Part shown: positions 49,081 through 59,690 of the stretch, piece by piece
Numbering within the stretch: position 1 is the stretch's first letter
Layout of the letters: every line of letters begins with the position of its first letter
Assembly (NCBI GenBank): GCA_017962745.1
Contig: JAGCUR010000003.1
Location: 459-64,458 of the forward strand
Direction: 5' to 3'
Origin: Bacilli bacterium
GTDB taxonomy: Bacteria; Bacillota_I; Bacilli_A; ML615J-28; CAG-698
DNA: 64,000 nucleotides
Program-made: the position numbers and the translations under genes
Notes under the pieces: model-generated
Database searches by the model: none
The model's input: the letters and a program-made list of their open reading frames with translations, nothing else
Told to the model about the DNA's origin: nothing

Positions 49081-49446
49081 TTATTTATATAATCCTACAC
49101 CTTTAAAGTTTAAGATCTTATCTAAATCTTCAAATATCTTTTTAATATATTTAGGTCCTCTACCAAAATCAAATGATCCGTGGTTAGTAGACATCTTAAT
49201 ATCAATTGAAGTAGTCGTATATTGATTAGTTAAAGTAGCGGTAGCGCTATACTTATAATTATCAAAAATGATTTCATGTCTTTCTTTATCTACATATTTA
49301 ACCATACAACCATTTTCTTTAGCTACTTTAATTACCGCTTCCATCGCATCTTCGATACGATTACGGTAATACCTACTGCGTAGCTCTGGCATGTAATGAT
49401 CTTCGCATGTTTCAAATTCACTATTAAAATAATCTCTAAATTTCAT
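49081..49446 (-). CDS. Hypothetical protein
   Basis: Start set at MKFRDY (49446), with AAGGAG 6 nt upstream. The track ORF extends to 49470. No recognisable motifs. Confidence 0.55.
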   Translation of the reverse strand: MKFRDYFNSEFETCEDHYMPELRSRYYRNRIEDAMEAVIKVAKENGCMVKYVDKERHEIIFDNYKYSATATLTNQYTTTSIDIKMSTNHGSFDFGRGPKYIKKIFEDLDKILNFKGVGLYK

Positions 49447-49456
49447 ATTTGCTCCT

Positions 49457-50035
49457 TTATAAAATCTCACCTAAGATTTTATCTATTAATCGATATGTAT
49501 TATTTATTTCCTTTGTATTATCAATGGCATACGTCGCCCTTTTATTGCGCTCGTAAGTTCCCATCTGGCTTTTAATAATATTTAGGGCATCGTCAATGCT
49601 TCGACCATCCCTTGCTACGATTCTTTCAATTTGTGTATCGATATCGCAGTAAATATTAATCGTTACATCAAACATATCTTCCATCTTCGCTTCAAATAGA
49701 AGCGGCACTTCAAAAAAGATAATATCTAAATCGGGATTAGCTTTAATAATCTCTTCAATCCTTATCTTAACATAAGGATGAATAATTTTATTAAGCTTAT
49801 CTAGTTTTTCTAAATCATTAAAAACAATCTTACCTAAAAGGCTTCTATTAATTTCACCGTTATCGCTTAATATGCCTCTTCCAAACTCTTTTAAAACTTC
49901 TTGTTTGCCTTCATTCTTTAAAACATCATGAGCTAAAGAGTCAGATGAGTATATTACATAACCTTTCATCATCAAATATTGCAGGATTGATGATTTACCG
50001 GTAGCTATACCACCCGTAATAGCAACTTTCTTCAT
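49457..50035 (-). CDS. coaE: Dephospho-CoA kinase
   Basis: MKKVAITGGIATGKSS P-loop. Start set at 50035, with AAAGGAG upstream. The track ORF extends to 50074. Confidence 0.9.
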   Translation of the reverse strand: MKKVAITGGIATGKSSILQYLMMKGYVIYSSDSLAHDVLKNEGKQEVLKEFGRGILSDNGEINRSLLGKIVFNDLEKLDKLNKIIHPYVKIRIEEIIKANPDLDIIFFEVPLLFEAKMEDMFDVTINIYCDIDTQIERIVARDGRSIDDALNIIKSQMGTYERNKRATYAIDNTKEINNTYRLIDKILGEIL

Positions 50036-50099
50036 AGATACTCCTTTCAGGGTTTGCTTTTTAATTATATCCAATACTTATATATATTAGCAAGTAATT

Positions 50100-50918
50100 T
50101 TATTTTATCTTTTGACAATTTGTGCAAATGTAGGTGCCTCTACCACCTACTCTAATCTTTTGAACAGGGGCACCACACTTTGGACAAACCTTTTTAGTAT
50201 GCACTAATAATTCATTTTGAAATAAGCCCGTATGATTATGACTTGATGCAAATGATTTAATCGTCGTCCCACCCATCTTAATAGCTTTATTTAATACGGT
50301 AACTGATGCTTCTTTAATATTTTTAATATCATCTAGACTTAGGTTACTAGTTTTAGATTCTGGATGAATCCCACTCATAAATAACACTTCATCTACATAA
50401 ATGTTACCAAGTCCGCTCATTATACTTTGATCAAGCAATGTTTCTTTAATTGGTTTATTAATCTTTTTAAATTTAGATACTAAATAATCTACACTTGCTT
50501 CATCAGTATTAGCATCAGGCCCCACATTTGCAAGTGGCTTACATTTAAATATATCAACATCTTTTTTAAATAAGTCCATACGGCCAAATTTTCTCGTGTC
50601 ATTATATCTTAAATTAAAATCATCAAAGATAAATATGATATGATCGTGTTTACCATAATCTAAATCCGTATAATCAAAGAATTTACCTTCCATACGAAGG
50701 TGGGCAATTAAATAATAATCGGTTAACTCAAATATTAAATATTTACCTCTTCTTTTAATATCAATAAATTCTTGACCAATTAGGCTATCTTTAAACTCTT
50801 CTACACTGACATTTTCAATTATCTTATCATATCTAACAACAATATCTTTAATCTTTTTATTTAAGATAACTTCTTTAAGCGAATTTCTAACGGTTTCAAC
50901 TTCAGGTAGTTCTGGCAT
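50100..50918 (-). CDS. mutM: Formamidopyrimidine-DNA glycosylase
   Basis: MPELPEVETV N-terminus, H2TH region, and the C-terminal zinc finger CPKCG...CTNCQ. Confidence 0.93.
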   Translation of the reverse strand: MPELPEVETVRNSLKEVILNKKIKDIVVRYDKIIENVSVEEFKDSLIGQEFIDIKRRGKYLIFELTDYYLIAHLRMEGKFFDYTDLDYGKHDHIIFIFDDFNLRYNDTRKFGRMDLFKKDVDIFKCKPLANVGPDANTDEASVDYLVSKFKKINKPIKETLLDQSIMSGLGNIYVDEVLFMSGIHPESKTSNLSLDDIKNIKEASVTVLNKAIKMGGTTIKSFASSHNHTGLFQNELLVHTKKVCPKCGAPVQKIRVGGRGTYICTNCQKIK

Positions 50919-50919
50919 A

Positions 50920-53532
50920 TTAATCTTTAAGCCAACTATGGCCTATTTCTCCTTCAGCTACTAATTTAACATTTAACTTAACTGCACTTTCCATTTGTTC
51001 TTTAACCATCGCTGCTAGGCTATCTTCTTCACCAGGATATACATCAAACACTAACTCATCATGAACTTGCGCAATTAGTAATGATTTAAAATCTTTCATG
51101 CATTTAGCTACATTTACCATAGCAACTTTTATGATATCCGCAGCTGATCCTTGAATTGGGGAATTCATAGCTGTGCGCTCACCAAAGGCTACTAATGCTT
51201 TATTAGAATTAGCAAGTTCTGGAATAAACCTTACACGGTTCATTATTGTTTTAGTATAACCATTAGCTTTAGCATCTTCGACTGTCTTATCTAAAAATAC
51301 TTTCACATTTGAGAAGCGATAAAAATATTTATTAATATAAATATTAGCTTCAATTGGACTAATGCCAAGGGTCTCACTTAAGCCCCAAGCGCTCATACCA
51401 TAAACAATACCAAAATTAATTGCTTTAGCGCTTCTTCGCATAGCTGGCGTAACATCAGCTTTATCTACTTCATAAATCTGAGCAGCAGTTGAGGAATGAA
51501 AATCTTCATTCGAATTAAATAAATCAATCATTACTTGGTCATTTGCCATATGCGCTAAGACTCTTAGCTCGATTTGTGAATAATCGGAACTAAAGATTTT
51601 ACCGCCTTCAAATCTAGAAACAAAACAATCTCTAATAACTTTCCCTAAATCAGTACGAATTGGCATATTTTGAATATTAGGGTTAATGCTTGATAGTCTT
51701 CCGGTAAGTGTTAATGCTTGTTTATATAAAGGATGAATAAAGCCTTTATCATTAACTAAATCAAATAAACCATTAATATAAGTTGATGTAAGTTTTGTAA
51801 TTGCGCGGTAGTCTAAAATCTTTTGGGCTATTGGATAAGTTACTGCTAGCTTTTCTAAGATTTCAGATCCTGTTGCATAACCGGTTTTATTTTTCTTACC
51901 GTGAGGTAAACCTAATTTTTCAAATAAAATAGTACCAAGTTGTTTAACTGAATTGATGTTAAACTCTTCACCAGCAATTTCATATATTTCACTAACTAAT
52001 ACTTTAGCTTTTTCTTCTAGCTCGATACCAATTTCGTGAAGCCTCTTAGTATCTACTTTTAGGCCATCTAGTTCCATCTTACCAAGAACGCTACTTAAAT
52101 CTTGTTCAACTTTTAGCAATTCTTCTTGGTTAAACTCTTTAATCTTTTCGTTTACAGCCTCCTTAAACTCTTCCATTAGTAAACATTTATTTAAAGCATG
52201 GCTAATGTAGATATCTTCTTCAGGCACTTTAGCTTTTGATTTATAACCATATACTACTTCATCATATTCAATATCATTATCTAGAAAATGATCAGCGACT
52301 TTTTTAAAATCATCATTAGCATAACTTGGGTTAGCTAAATAACTTGCTAGTAATAAATCATATGCAAGGCCTGCTACATTAATACCAGCTCTATTTAAGC
52401 ACACATATAATTTCTTAAAATCAAATGTAATCTTAGCTACATCTTTATCTTCTAGCATTTTAACTAAAGATTCATTTTGAGTCTTTAAATCCCAAAAATA
52501 GTTTTGACCATTAGCAATAATAGCTAAACCTAAAATAGTAGCATCATAATAAATATCACCAAATACTTCTAAATCAAGGTAGCATTTATCAATGTTATTA
52601 AAATCAGTAGCACTATCTACTTTAACATAGTCGATTGTTTTAACGGCTGCAGATACTTCATCTTTAGTATCAAGTTTTATTTTTTTAATGAAAGAATTAA
52701 ATTCTACTTCTTCATAAAAACTAATTAAATTAGATACATTATAATCTTTTTTCTCTAAATCGCTTAGACCAAATTCTAAATCGATATCACGAACTAGCGT
52801 CGCTAGCTTTTTACAAGTAAGACCAACCTCAGCTCCTTCTTTAATTAGTTCGACTTGTTTACCTTTTAACTCGTCTACATGATCAATAATATTTTCTAGC
52901 GTACCGTATTTTTCTAGTAGCGCACAAGCACTCTTTGGTCCAATTCCTTTAATACCGCTTAGGTTATCTGATGAATCACCAATTAAACCTTTATAGTCAG
53001 TTAGCTGTAAAGGATTAATACCCATCTTTTCTTTGAAGTTTTCTTCATTGAACTCTTCTAACTCGCCAACACCTTTTCTAGTGATATATACTTTTACGTT
53101 ACCACCAACTAGTTGGAGTAAGTCTTTATCACCAGTGATGATTTTTACTTCGTATGAATCGCGCGCTAGCGTTGCGACACTTGCAATTAAGTCATCAGCT
53201 TCATAGTCAAGTGTTTCGAATCTTTTAATATTTAATAAATCTAAATATTTTTTAATATATGGGATTTGAATTTTAAATTCCTCGGGCATCGGTTTACGGC
53301 CGCCTTTGTAGTCGGCATATTGTTGATGACGGAAAGTGGCTTTCCCCGCATCAAATGCTACAAAGATTGCATCATATTTTTCTTCTAACACTTTACTTAG
53401 CATATTGCAAAAGCCAAACAAAGCATTCGTGTATAAACCTTGTTTGTTTTGCATCAAGTTGCCAGTATAAGCTGTAGCATAAAATGATCTAAACATTAAA
53501 CTATTGCCATCGATTAGAATTATCTTTTTCAT
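50920..53532 (-). CDS. polA: DNA polymerase I
   Basis: 5' nuclease domain (GDKDLLQL), and polymerase motifs DYSQIELRVLAH, RRSAKAINFGIVYG and QVHDELVF. Confidence 0.96.
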   Translation of the reverse strand: MKKIILIDGNSLMFRSFYATAYTGNLMQNKQGLYTNALFGFCNMLSKVLEEKYDAIFVAFDAGKATFRHQQYADYKGGRKPMPEEFKIQIPYIKKYLDLLNIKRFETLDYEADDLIASVATLARDSYEVKIITGDKDLLQLVGGNVKVYITRKGVGELEEFNEENFKEKMGINPLQLTDYKGLIGDSSDNLSGIKGIGPKSACALLEKYGTLENIIDHVDELKGKQVELIKEGAEVGLTCKKLATLVRDIDLEFGLSDLEKKDYNVSNLISFYEEVEFNSFIKKIKLDTKDEVSAAVKTIDYVKVDSATDFNNIDKCYLDLEVFGDIYYDATILGLAIIANGQNYFWDLKTQNESLVKMLEDKDVAKITFDFKKLYVCLNRAGINVAGLAYDLLLASYLANPSYANDDFKKVADHFLDNDIEYDEVVYGYKSKAKVPEEDIYISHALNKCLLMEEFKEAVNEKIKEFNQEELLKVEQDLSSVLGKMELDGLKVDTKRLHEIGIELEEKAKVLVSEIYEIAGEEFNINSVKQLGTILFEKLGLPHGKKNKTGYATGSEILEKLAVTYPIAQKILDYRAITKLTSTYINGLFDLVNDKGFIHPLYKQALTLTGRLSSINPNIQNMPIRTDLGKVIRDCFVSRFEGGKIFSSDYSQIELRVLAHMANDQVMIDLFNSNEDFHSSTAAQIYEVDKADVTPAMRRSAKAINFGIVYGMSAWGLSETLGISPIEANIYINKYFYRFSNVKVFLDKTVEDAKANGYTKTIMNRVRFIPELANSNKALVAFGERTAMNSPIQGSAADIIKVAMVNVAKCMKDFKSLLIAQVHDELVFDVYPGEEDSLAAMVKEQMESAVKLNVKLVAEGEIGHSWLKD

Positions 53533-53632
53533 ATTACAATTTCCACCTTAAATAGATTTTACCACGAAATGAGCTTTTTAGATATATTAATTTTATATAG
53601 ATATGTTATAATGCTTACGTGAGGTAAAAATT

Positions 53633-54778
53633 ATGACTAGCGTATATTTAAAAAACTGTTCTACTTATGATTTTGATAAACTAAAAGAGGCGGTTCGTGA
53701 TGCCCTTGATGCTACTTCTTTTAAAAATATAACGGATGCAGATAAAGTCTTTATCAAAGTAAACTGTCTAGGGGCCTATTCAGAAGACTTAGCAATTACT
53801 ACTAACCCACTATTTTTAAAAGCGGTTATTGAACTAGTTAAAGAAAAGACATCCCATATTAAAGTAGGCGATAACCCTGCTAATAAAGATTTAGTTTTAG
53901 CTTTAAAGAAAAATGGGATGTATAAAGTAATTGAGGAAGAAAATGTGGATGTATTAGATGGGAAAGTGCAAGCGACGATTGCTAATCCTAACTTTCACAC
54001 TTATAAAGAGTTTGAAGTGAGCAAAGAAATAATTGAAGCTGATTATTTAATTAACTTACCAAAACTAAAAACGCACACGCTAACTTATTTTTCATGTGCC
54101 CAAAAGAATTTATTCGGCTTAATCTATGGCCTTAAAAAATCAAGTTGGCACGTTAAAGCGCCAACGCCACTTGATTTCGCATATGTGATTTGTGATTTAT
54201 ATGGAGCAATTAAGGCTAACTACCAAGAAGATCACATTATTAACTTATGCGATGGCATAATTGCCTTAGAGGGTGAAGGCCCATCTACATCTGGTTCTCC
54301 AAAAGAAGCTGGTATTATCCTAGCATCAAATGATGCAGTAAGCCTAGATCAAGTAGCAATTAAGTTAGCTAAGATTAATAAAGATAAATATATAATAGGA
54401 AAGATAGCAGATGATCTAAGTTTAGGGGAAGCCAACTTAGATAATATTGAAATACTAGGTGATACAATAGATTGCTTTAGCGATATTAGTTTAAGAGAAC
54501 CTGACCAAGGAATATCAAGCAAAGCGATGAAGTTTTTAAGACATAAAGTAATTCGTAATGTTTGTTTAGAACATCCACGCGTTAATAAAGAAATATGTGT
54601 TAGATGCGGAGAATGCGCTAAGATGTGCTCATCGCATGCACTAACTATTAAGCCTGGTGAATATCCAACCCTTACATCAAGTAAATGTATTAGATGTTGG
54701 TGTTGCCAAGAAGTATGTCCACAGCATGCTATTGAAAAAACTAAACGACCAATCATTGGTAAAATCATATTCAAATAA
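53633..54778 (+). CDS. DUF362-domain protein with C-terminal 2x[4Fe-4S] ferredoxin motif
   Basis: CVRCGECAKMC and CIRCWCCQEVCP cluster motifs. The N-terminal roughly 280 aa resemble DUF362 as I recall it. Confidence 0.7.
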   Translation: MTSVYLKNCSTYDFDKLKEAVRDALDATSFKNITDADKVFIKVNCLGAYSEDLAITTNPLFLKAVIELVKEKTSHIKVGDNPANKDLVLALKKNGMYKVIEEENVDVLDGKVQATIANPNFHTYKEFEVSKEIIEADYLINLPKLKTHTLTYFSCAQKNLFGLIYGLKKSSWHVKAPTPLDFAYVICDLYGAIKANYQEDHIINLCDGIIALEGEGPSTSGSPKEAGIILASNDAVSLDQVAIKLAKINKDKYIIGKIADDLSLGEANLDNIEILGDTIDCFSDISLREPDQGISSKAMKFLRHKVIRNVCLEHPRVNKEICVRCGECAKMCSSHALTIKPGEYPTLTSSKCIRCWCCQEVCPQHAIEKTKRPIIGKIIFK

Positions 54779-54781
54779 ATT

Positions 54782-54814
54782 AAAAGCTTTAGACTCTTCT
54801 GTCTAAAGCTTTTT
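54782..54814. terminator. Bidirectional terminator (DUF362 gene / lipoprotein gene)
   Basis: 13-bp stem aaaagctttagac/tcttct/gtctaaagctttt. Confidence 0.7.
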
Positions 54815-54816
54815 AA

Positions 54817-56016
54817 TTAACGAACTTTAATTAATATATCACGATACTGAACATCGTTATTCTCATTTATAATTATTGTACATTCAAAATCTAAATATAA
54901 ATATTCATGTTCTGAATGATAACTACCATTTTCATAATATGTTCCATCGGCAAGTTCAATTGATGTATTCTCGTATGGCACTATTATTTGATAATCTGTC
55001 AGATGTTTATTATTAATATTGTCATAATAGCTAAGAGCTAGCCAAACACCATCACCAAATGAATAGTATTTTTCTGTCATTGCAGTACCAGTTGCTTTAT
55101 ATTCATTATTAGAAATATACTCAACTTCACATCTTGCGAAAGCACCAACAAAAATGTCTCCTAAGTATCCACCACAACTAATCGCGAAACTATGAATTCT
55201 TGCTTTTTTAAATACTTCTACAATATCATCATATGATTTATTTAAATCATATTCAAATATTGTCTCGCCATCGATTTCAATTCCTTTAGTGCATTCATCA
55301 TATGGTATGTTATTAAGCGGATTTCTATAGAAATAAATACTAGAGTGAATAACAACTTTGGTAATATGACTGTTTTTAATGTATATACAATAATCACCCT
55401 CAACAATACAATCAAGTTCTCTATTATTCAGTACATATGTTGTTTCAATAGATTCTTTAAACCTAAAATACACTTCACTTTTTTCGGCTCTCAATAGTTT
55501 AATATCATCTTTCCATGTACCATCTTCTTTGTGCATTGCTTCAGGTAACTGATCATATTCAGCATCTTCAAAACTGCTAGAAACTGTTGTTTTATAAGTT
55601 GATACATATTTGTCGTTTTCAAATTTCGATACAATAAGATTATTATTACCTACATAATAATAGTAACAATAATCATCAATTTTGCTTGGAGGTGTATCCT
55701 TATCATCAGGATTTTTTCTATATTCACCATGAAAATCTACCGAATAATAATTATTATCATATTCAATATATTCTTCATCAAACGTTCCACTATATGATTC
55801 ATCAAAATAACATTTTAAATCGTAATGCGTTTTGATTGCATTAATATCATTCATGTTATCGATGATATCATTAAGGATCTTCTCAGTTTTCTTTTTACTA
55901 TATACGTAGAATTCTAATTTTCCATTTTCTCCAACAAGGCTACATCCACATAGCATAAAACATGAAGTTATAACAAATAATAATATTAATATATTAATTA
56001 TTCTAGCCTTTCTCAT
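54817..56016 (-). CDS. Hypothetical lipoprotein
   Basis: Start set at MRKARIINILILLFVITSCFMLCGC (56016), with GGAGG upstream. Tyr/Asn/Asp-rich mature part with no recognisable domain. Confidence 0.6.
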   Translation of the reverse strand: MRKARIINILILLFVITSCFMLCGCSLVGENGKLEFYVYSKKKTEKILNDIIDNMNDINAIKTHYDLKCYFDESYSGTFDEEYIEYDNNYYSVDFHGEYRKNPDDKDTPPSKIDDYCYYYYVGNNNLIVSKFENDKYVSTYKTTVSSSFEDAEYDQLPEAMHKEDGTWKDDIKLLRAEKSEVYFRFKESIETTYVLNNRELDCIVEGDYCIYIKNSHITKVVIHSSIYFYRNPLNNIPYDECTKGIEIDGETIFEYDLNKSYDDIVEVFKKARIHSFAISCGGYLGDIFVGAFARCEVEYISNNEYKATGTAMTEKYYSFGDGVWLALSYYDNINNKHLTDYQIIVPYENTSIELADGTYYENGSYHSEHEYLYLDFECTIIINENNDVQYRDILIKVR

Positions 56017-56062
56017 ACTACGCCTCCTAATGATTAAATTATATATATGACAAGTCAAATTA

Positions 56063-57505
56063 TTATTTTTCTAATTCACCTAATAAATGCCAAGTGAATG
56101 CTTTTTTAATCTTTACGTTAACAAGCGTTCCGATTAAACTAGCATCGCCTTCAAAATTAACTAATTTATTATGTTTTGTATATCCTGTAAGTAAATGGTC
56201 TTTTTTACCACTATATCCTTCTACTAATACTTCTTGAGTGGTGCCTTCAAAGCGTTTATTACCTTTGGCAAATCCTTCATTAATTGAATCATTCAATGTA
56301 AGTAATCTTCTTTTAGCAGTATCTGGATCTATTTGATTAGGGTATGAAGCAGCAGGGGTTCCAGTTCTTGGAGAATATATAAATGTATATGCTCCTTCAA
56401 AGTCTGCTTTTCTTACTAAATCTAGTGTTTCATTAAAATCATCTTCTGATTCATTTGGAAATGCCACAATAATATCAGTAGTTAAGCTAATACCAGGTAC
56501 ATATTCTTTTAACTTATTAACTTTATCTAAATATACTTCTTTAGTATATTTACGGTTCATCTTCTTTAATATTTCATTACTACCTGATTGAACTGGTAAA
56601 TGTAAGTGCGGCATAATGTTTTCATATTTACCCATTACCATCATTGTATCAATATCTAAGTCTCTTGGGTGCGATGTAGTATATCTAATCCTCTTAATAT
56701 TAGTTTTAGCTAAATCTTCCAAAAGATTAGCAAAACTATATGTAATATCGGTAAAGTCTTTTCCATATGCATTAACATTTTGGCCAAGTAGCGTTACTTC
56801 GATATAACCATCTTCTACTAACTTCTTAACTTCTTCAATTATTTCATTAGGTCTACGGCTTCTTTCTTTACCTCTAGCATATGGAACTATGCAATAAGTA
56901 CAGAATTCGTCACATCCATACATTATTTGCACCCATGCTTTTTTCGCATGTGCGCGTTTTTGCGGAACATGTTCTACAATATCACCTTCATAACTCCATA
57001 CATCTACTACTCTACTTTGATTTGAGTATGCTTCATATAAATAACTAGGAATCATATGAATATTATGAGTACCAAAGACGATATCAATTTGATCATATTT
57101 TTCTTTGATTTTATTGACAACAACTTCTTCTTGCGCCATGCATCCACAAATGCATACTAGCATTGCGGGGTTGGCTTTCTTTAAGCCTTTTAGTCTACCA
57201 AGTTCCCCAAAGACTCTTTTTTCCGCATTATCACGAATTGCACAAGTATTGAAAAATAATACATCAGCTTCGCTTTCGCTATCTACTTCCTTATAGCCTA
57301 GCGCTTCCATAATACCTGCAATCTTTTCTGAATCGCTTAAGTTACCTTGGCAGCCATATGTTTTAATCATATATGTTTTGCCATTGCCAAGAGCTTTATA
57401 TTTATCTTCTATTTCAAAATAAATATTTTTAGTTTCTTTTTCTAATCTCTTTCTTGCATCTTTAATTGAAGGTGCAAAATAAGATGAATAATCTTTTTTA
57501 GCCAT
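56063..57505 (-). CDS. miaB: tRNA-2-methylthio-N6-dimethylallyladenosine synthase (MiaB-type methylthiotransferase)
   Basis: N-terminal UPF0004 Cys triad (TYGCQGN...NTCAIR...GCMAQ), radical-SAM motif CDEFCTYC, and a TRAM domain at the C-terminus. Confidence 0.88.
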   Translation of the reverse strand: MAKKDYSSYFAPSIKDARKRLEKETKNIYFEIEDKYKALGNGKTYMIKTYGCQGNLSDSEKIAGIMEALGYKEVDSESEADVLFFNTCAIRDNAEKRVFGELGRLKGLKKANPAMLVCICGCMAQEEVVVNKIKEKYDQIDIVFGTHNIHMIPSYLYEAYSNQSRVVDVWSYEGDIVEHVPQKRAHAKKAWVQIMYGCDEFCTYCIVPYARGKERSRRPNEIIEEVKKLVEDGYIEVTLLGQNVNAYGKDFTDITYSFANLLEDLAKTNIKRIRYTTSHPRDLDIDTMMVMGKYENIMPHLHLPVQSGSNEILKKMNRKYTKEVYLDKVNKLKEYVPGISLTTDIIVAFPNESEDDFNETLDLVRKADFEGAYTFIYSPRTGTPAASYPNQIDPDTAKRRLLTLNDSINEGFAKGNKRFEGTTQEVLVEGYSGKKDHLLTGYTKHNKLVNFEGDASLIGTLVNVKIKKAFTWHLLGELEK

Positions 57506-57627
57506 TTTTTATCCTCTATAATGATATGTTAATATTTTTTATACATTAATTATAATATAGAATTGTTATTTCATAAAGCATTAATTTACAAACAGGGCAC
57601 TTGTTTGGTAAAATTAATTGGGTGATA

Positions 57628-58185
57628 ATGATGGATAATGTAAATGCTGCTTTTAGAGATTTAAATAAATTTATTGATGAGTGCAAGAAGCCACTTATTA
57701 TTTCAATTGAAGGAAAATGCGCTAGTGGTAAAACCACCCTTGCTAATATGTTTGATGGAAAGTATGCTATTATTCATATCGATGATTTCTTTTTGCCACC
57801 GCATTTAAAGACAGTTGAAAGGTTAGCTGAAGTAGGTGGTAACATCAATTATGAGAAAGTTTATGAAATGTTATCAAATATTAAAGAAAAGCACATAATT
57901 GAATATGAAAAATATGATTGCCACACTGATACATATTCTCATGTATCAATTCCTTATAATGAAGTAATTATTTTAGAGGGAGTTTACAGCTTTCATCCTT
58001 ACTTCAATAAATTTATTGATAAATTAGTATTTATTGAAATAGGTGCAAAAGAACAACGTGAAAGAATTAATAAGCGAAGTAATGCACATATGTTTTATGA
58101 GAAATGGATTCCTCTTGAGAATAAATATTATGAGGAATCAGAAGTTATGTATAAAATTAATTATCGAATTAAAAAGATTAACTAG
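57628..58185 (+). CDS. P-loop nucleoside/uridine kinase-family protein
   Basis: Walker A EGKCASGKTTLAN, followed by HIDDFF. ATG at 57628 preferred over the TTG at 57601. Confidence 0.6.
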   Translation: MMDNVNAAFRDLNKFIDECKKPLIISIEGKCASGKTTLANMFDGKYAIIHIDDFFLPPHLKTVERLAEVGGNINYEKVYEMLSNIKEKHIIEYEKYDCHTDTYSHVSIPYNEVIILEGVYSFHPYFNKFIDKLVFIEIGAKEQRERINKRSNAHMFYEKWIPLENKYYEESEVMYKINYRIKKIN

Positions 58186-58206
58186 AAATCTAGTTAATCT
58201 TTTAAT

Positions 58207-58533
58207 TTATTGATTAATTATTTTATTGATTAAATCATCTAGTCTACCAGAATAGACCATATACATGCTATATGCAAAGTTTGCAGTAGCAACAATTAGC
58301 GCTAAGATTGCTATCCCTCTACCACCATAACCATTATTTGCTCTTTTTAAGCCAATACCACCAAAAATCCAACCAAGTAGCGGACTTACAAAAGCAGTAA
58401 TTAAGCCAGCTATTGCCATTCCATTAGTCTTTTTTTCTTCCCTAAAGTCATTGTTAGTTATAACATCTACTCCACAATATGGGCAAACATTAACATCATC
58501 AGGAATATATTTTCCGCATTTTCTACAGTACAT
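58207..58533 (-). CDS. Zinc-ribbon plus DUF4190-like small membrane protein
   Basis: MYCRKCGKYIPDDVNVCPYCG, followed by two Gly-rich TM helices. Confidence 0.6.
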   Translation of the reverse strand: MYCRKCGKYIPDDVNVCPYCGVDVITNNDFREEKKTNGMAIAGLITAFVSPLLGWIFGGIGLKRANNGYGGRGIAILALIVATANFAYSMYMVYSGRLDDLINKIINQ

Positions 58534-58535
58534 CT

Positions 58536-59690
58536 TTATTTATCCTTTACGACGTTTTCGCGTTTTAATACTTTTGGTTTCTTTTCTGGCTTACGTGTTA
58601 AATATTCAATAACTGCATCATATACTTCACCACTTACTTTATGGCAGCTAAAGCCATCATATTTTGCACCATCGCTTGATAAGATAACATTAGCTTTAAG
58701 TGGTTTTAATAAATCTAATCTAGCATCTAAATCGAGGTTATCTACAACTTTGTAAACTTCTTTAATAACCATTTGTCTAATTGTTTGATAAATTATAAAA
58801 GTATCGGCATCTTCTAGGCTAGATAATATTCCATCATTTACTGGTACACAAATATTATTAATCGCAAGTGGCAATGTTTCTAATTTTTCTAATAAGTTAC
58901 CTAGATTATTAACGATATAATTAATATCTAAATCCTCAATTGCTCCTTTATCACAAAGACGAGCAACATCAGGATTAATTGGTAGTTTAGATACTGTATC
59001 AACATCATAAAGTCCTGCTACTTCATCTACATGGCTATCACCAAAGGCATAAATCTTTTCTTTGCAACTTGGGCACTCTACATAACTCATGTTTTCTACG
59101 ATTCCTAAAACCGGGATATTCATCATCTTTGCCATATTAACAGCTTTTTGCACGATCATTGAAACTAATTCTTGAGGAGAAGTTACGATGATGATGCCAT
59201 CGACACCAATTGATTGAAATACCGTCAATGGTACATCACCAGTTCCTGGAGGCATATCAACTAGTAAGTAATCAACATCTTTCCAAATAACATCAGTCCA
59301 AAACTGTCTAACTAGCCCTGCTATAATTGGTCCACGCCAAACAACTGGATCTGTTTCATTAGGTAATAATAAATTAGAACTCATGATTTTAATTCCGCTT
59401 TTAGCTTCACTTGGTAAAAGTCCATATTCATTTCCTAAAACCTCGCCACTTACATTAAAAATTTTAGGAATTGAAGGTCCAGTGATATCAGCATCTAAAA
59501 TTCCAATTTCAAAACCATCACGGCGTAGCCCTGTGGCTAGTAAACTAGTAACTAGGGATTTACCAACTCCACCTTTACCACTTACAACCCCAATTACTTT
59601 TTTAATACTTGAGTATTTATTAGGGGTTTCTCTTAAATCTTTAATATCGCATTTTTCTTTGCAATTAGCGCAATCATTATTACAAGCCAT
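58536..59690 (-). CDS. Mrp/NBP35/ApbC-family Fe-S cluster carrier ATPase with Cys-rich N-terminus and NifX/NifB-like C-terminal domain
   Basis: Deviant Walker A SGKGGVGKS, CPSC motif and N-terminal CNNDCANCKEKC. About 110 extra C-terminal residues. Confidence 0.82.
   Translation of the reverse strand: MACNNDCANCKEKCDIKDLRETPNKYSSIKKVIGVVSGKGGVGKSLVTSLLATGLRRDGFEIGILDADITGPSIPKIFNVSGEVLGNEYGLLPSEAKSGIKIMSSNLLLPNETDPVVWRGPIIAGLVRQFWTDVIWKDVDYLLVDMPPGTGDVPLTVFQSIGVDGIIIVTSPQELVSMIVQKAVNMAKMMNIPVLGIVENMSYVECPSCKEKIYAFGDSHVDEVAGLYDVDTVSKLPINPDVARLCDKGAIEDLDINYIVNNLGNLLEKLETLPLAINNICVPVNDGILSSLEDADTFIIYQTIRQMVIKEVYKVVDNLDLDARLDLLKPLKANVILSSDGAKYDGFSCHKVSGEVYDAVIEYLTRKPEKKPKVLKRENVVKDK

Noticed and set aside
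54349-54774. 141-aa minus-strand ORF inside the DUF362/ferredoxin gene
   Set aside because: This is a shadow ORF. The plus-strand frame carries two canonical CxxCxxCxxxCP clusters, whereas this frame has none and has no RBS.
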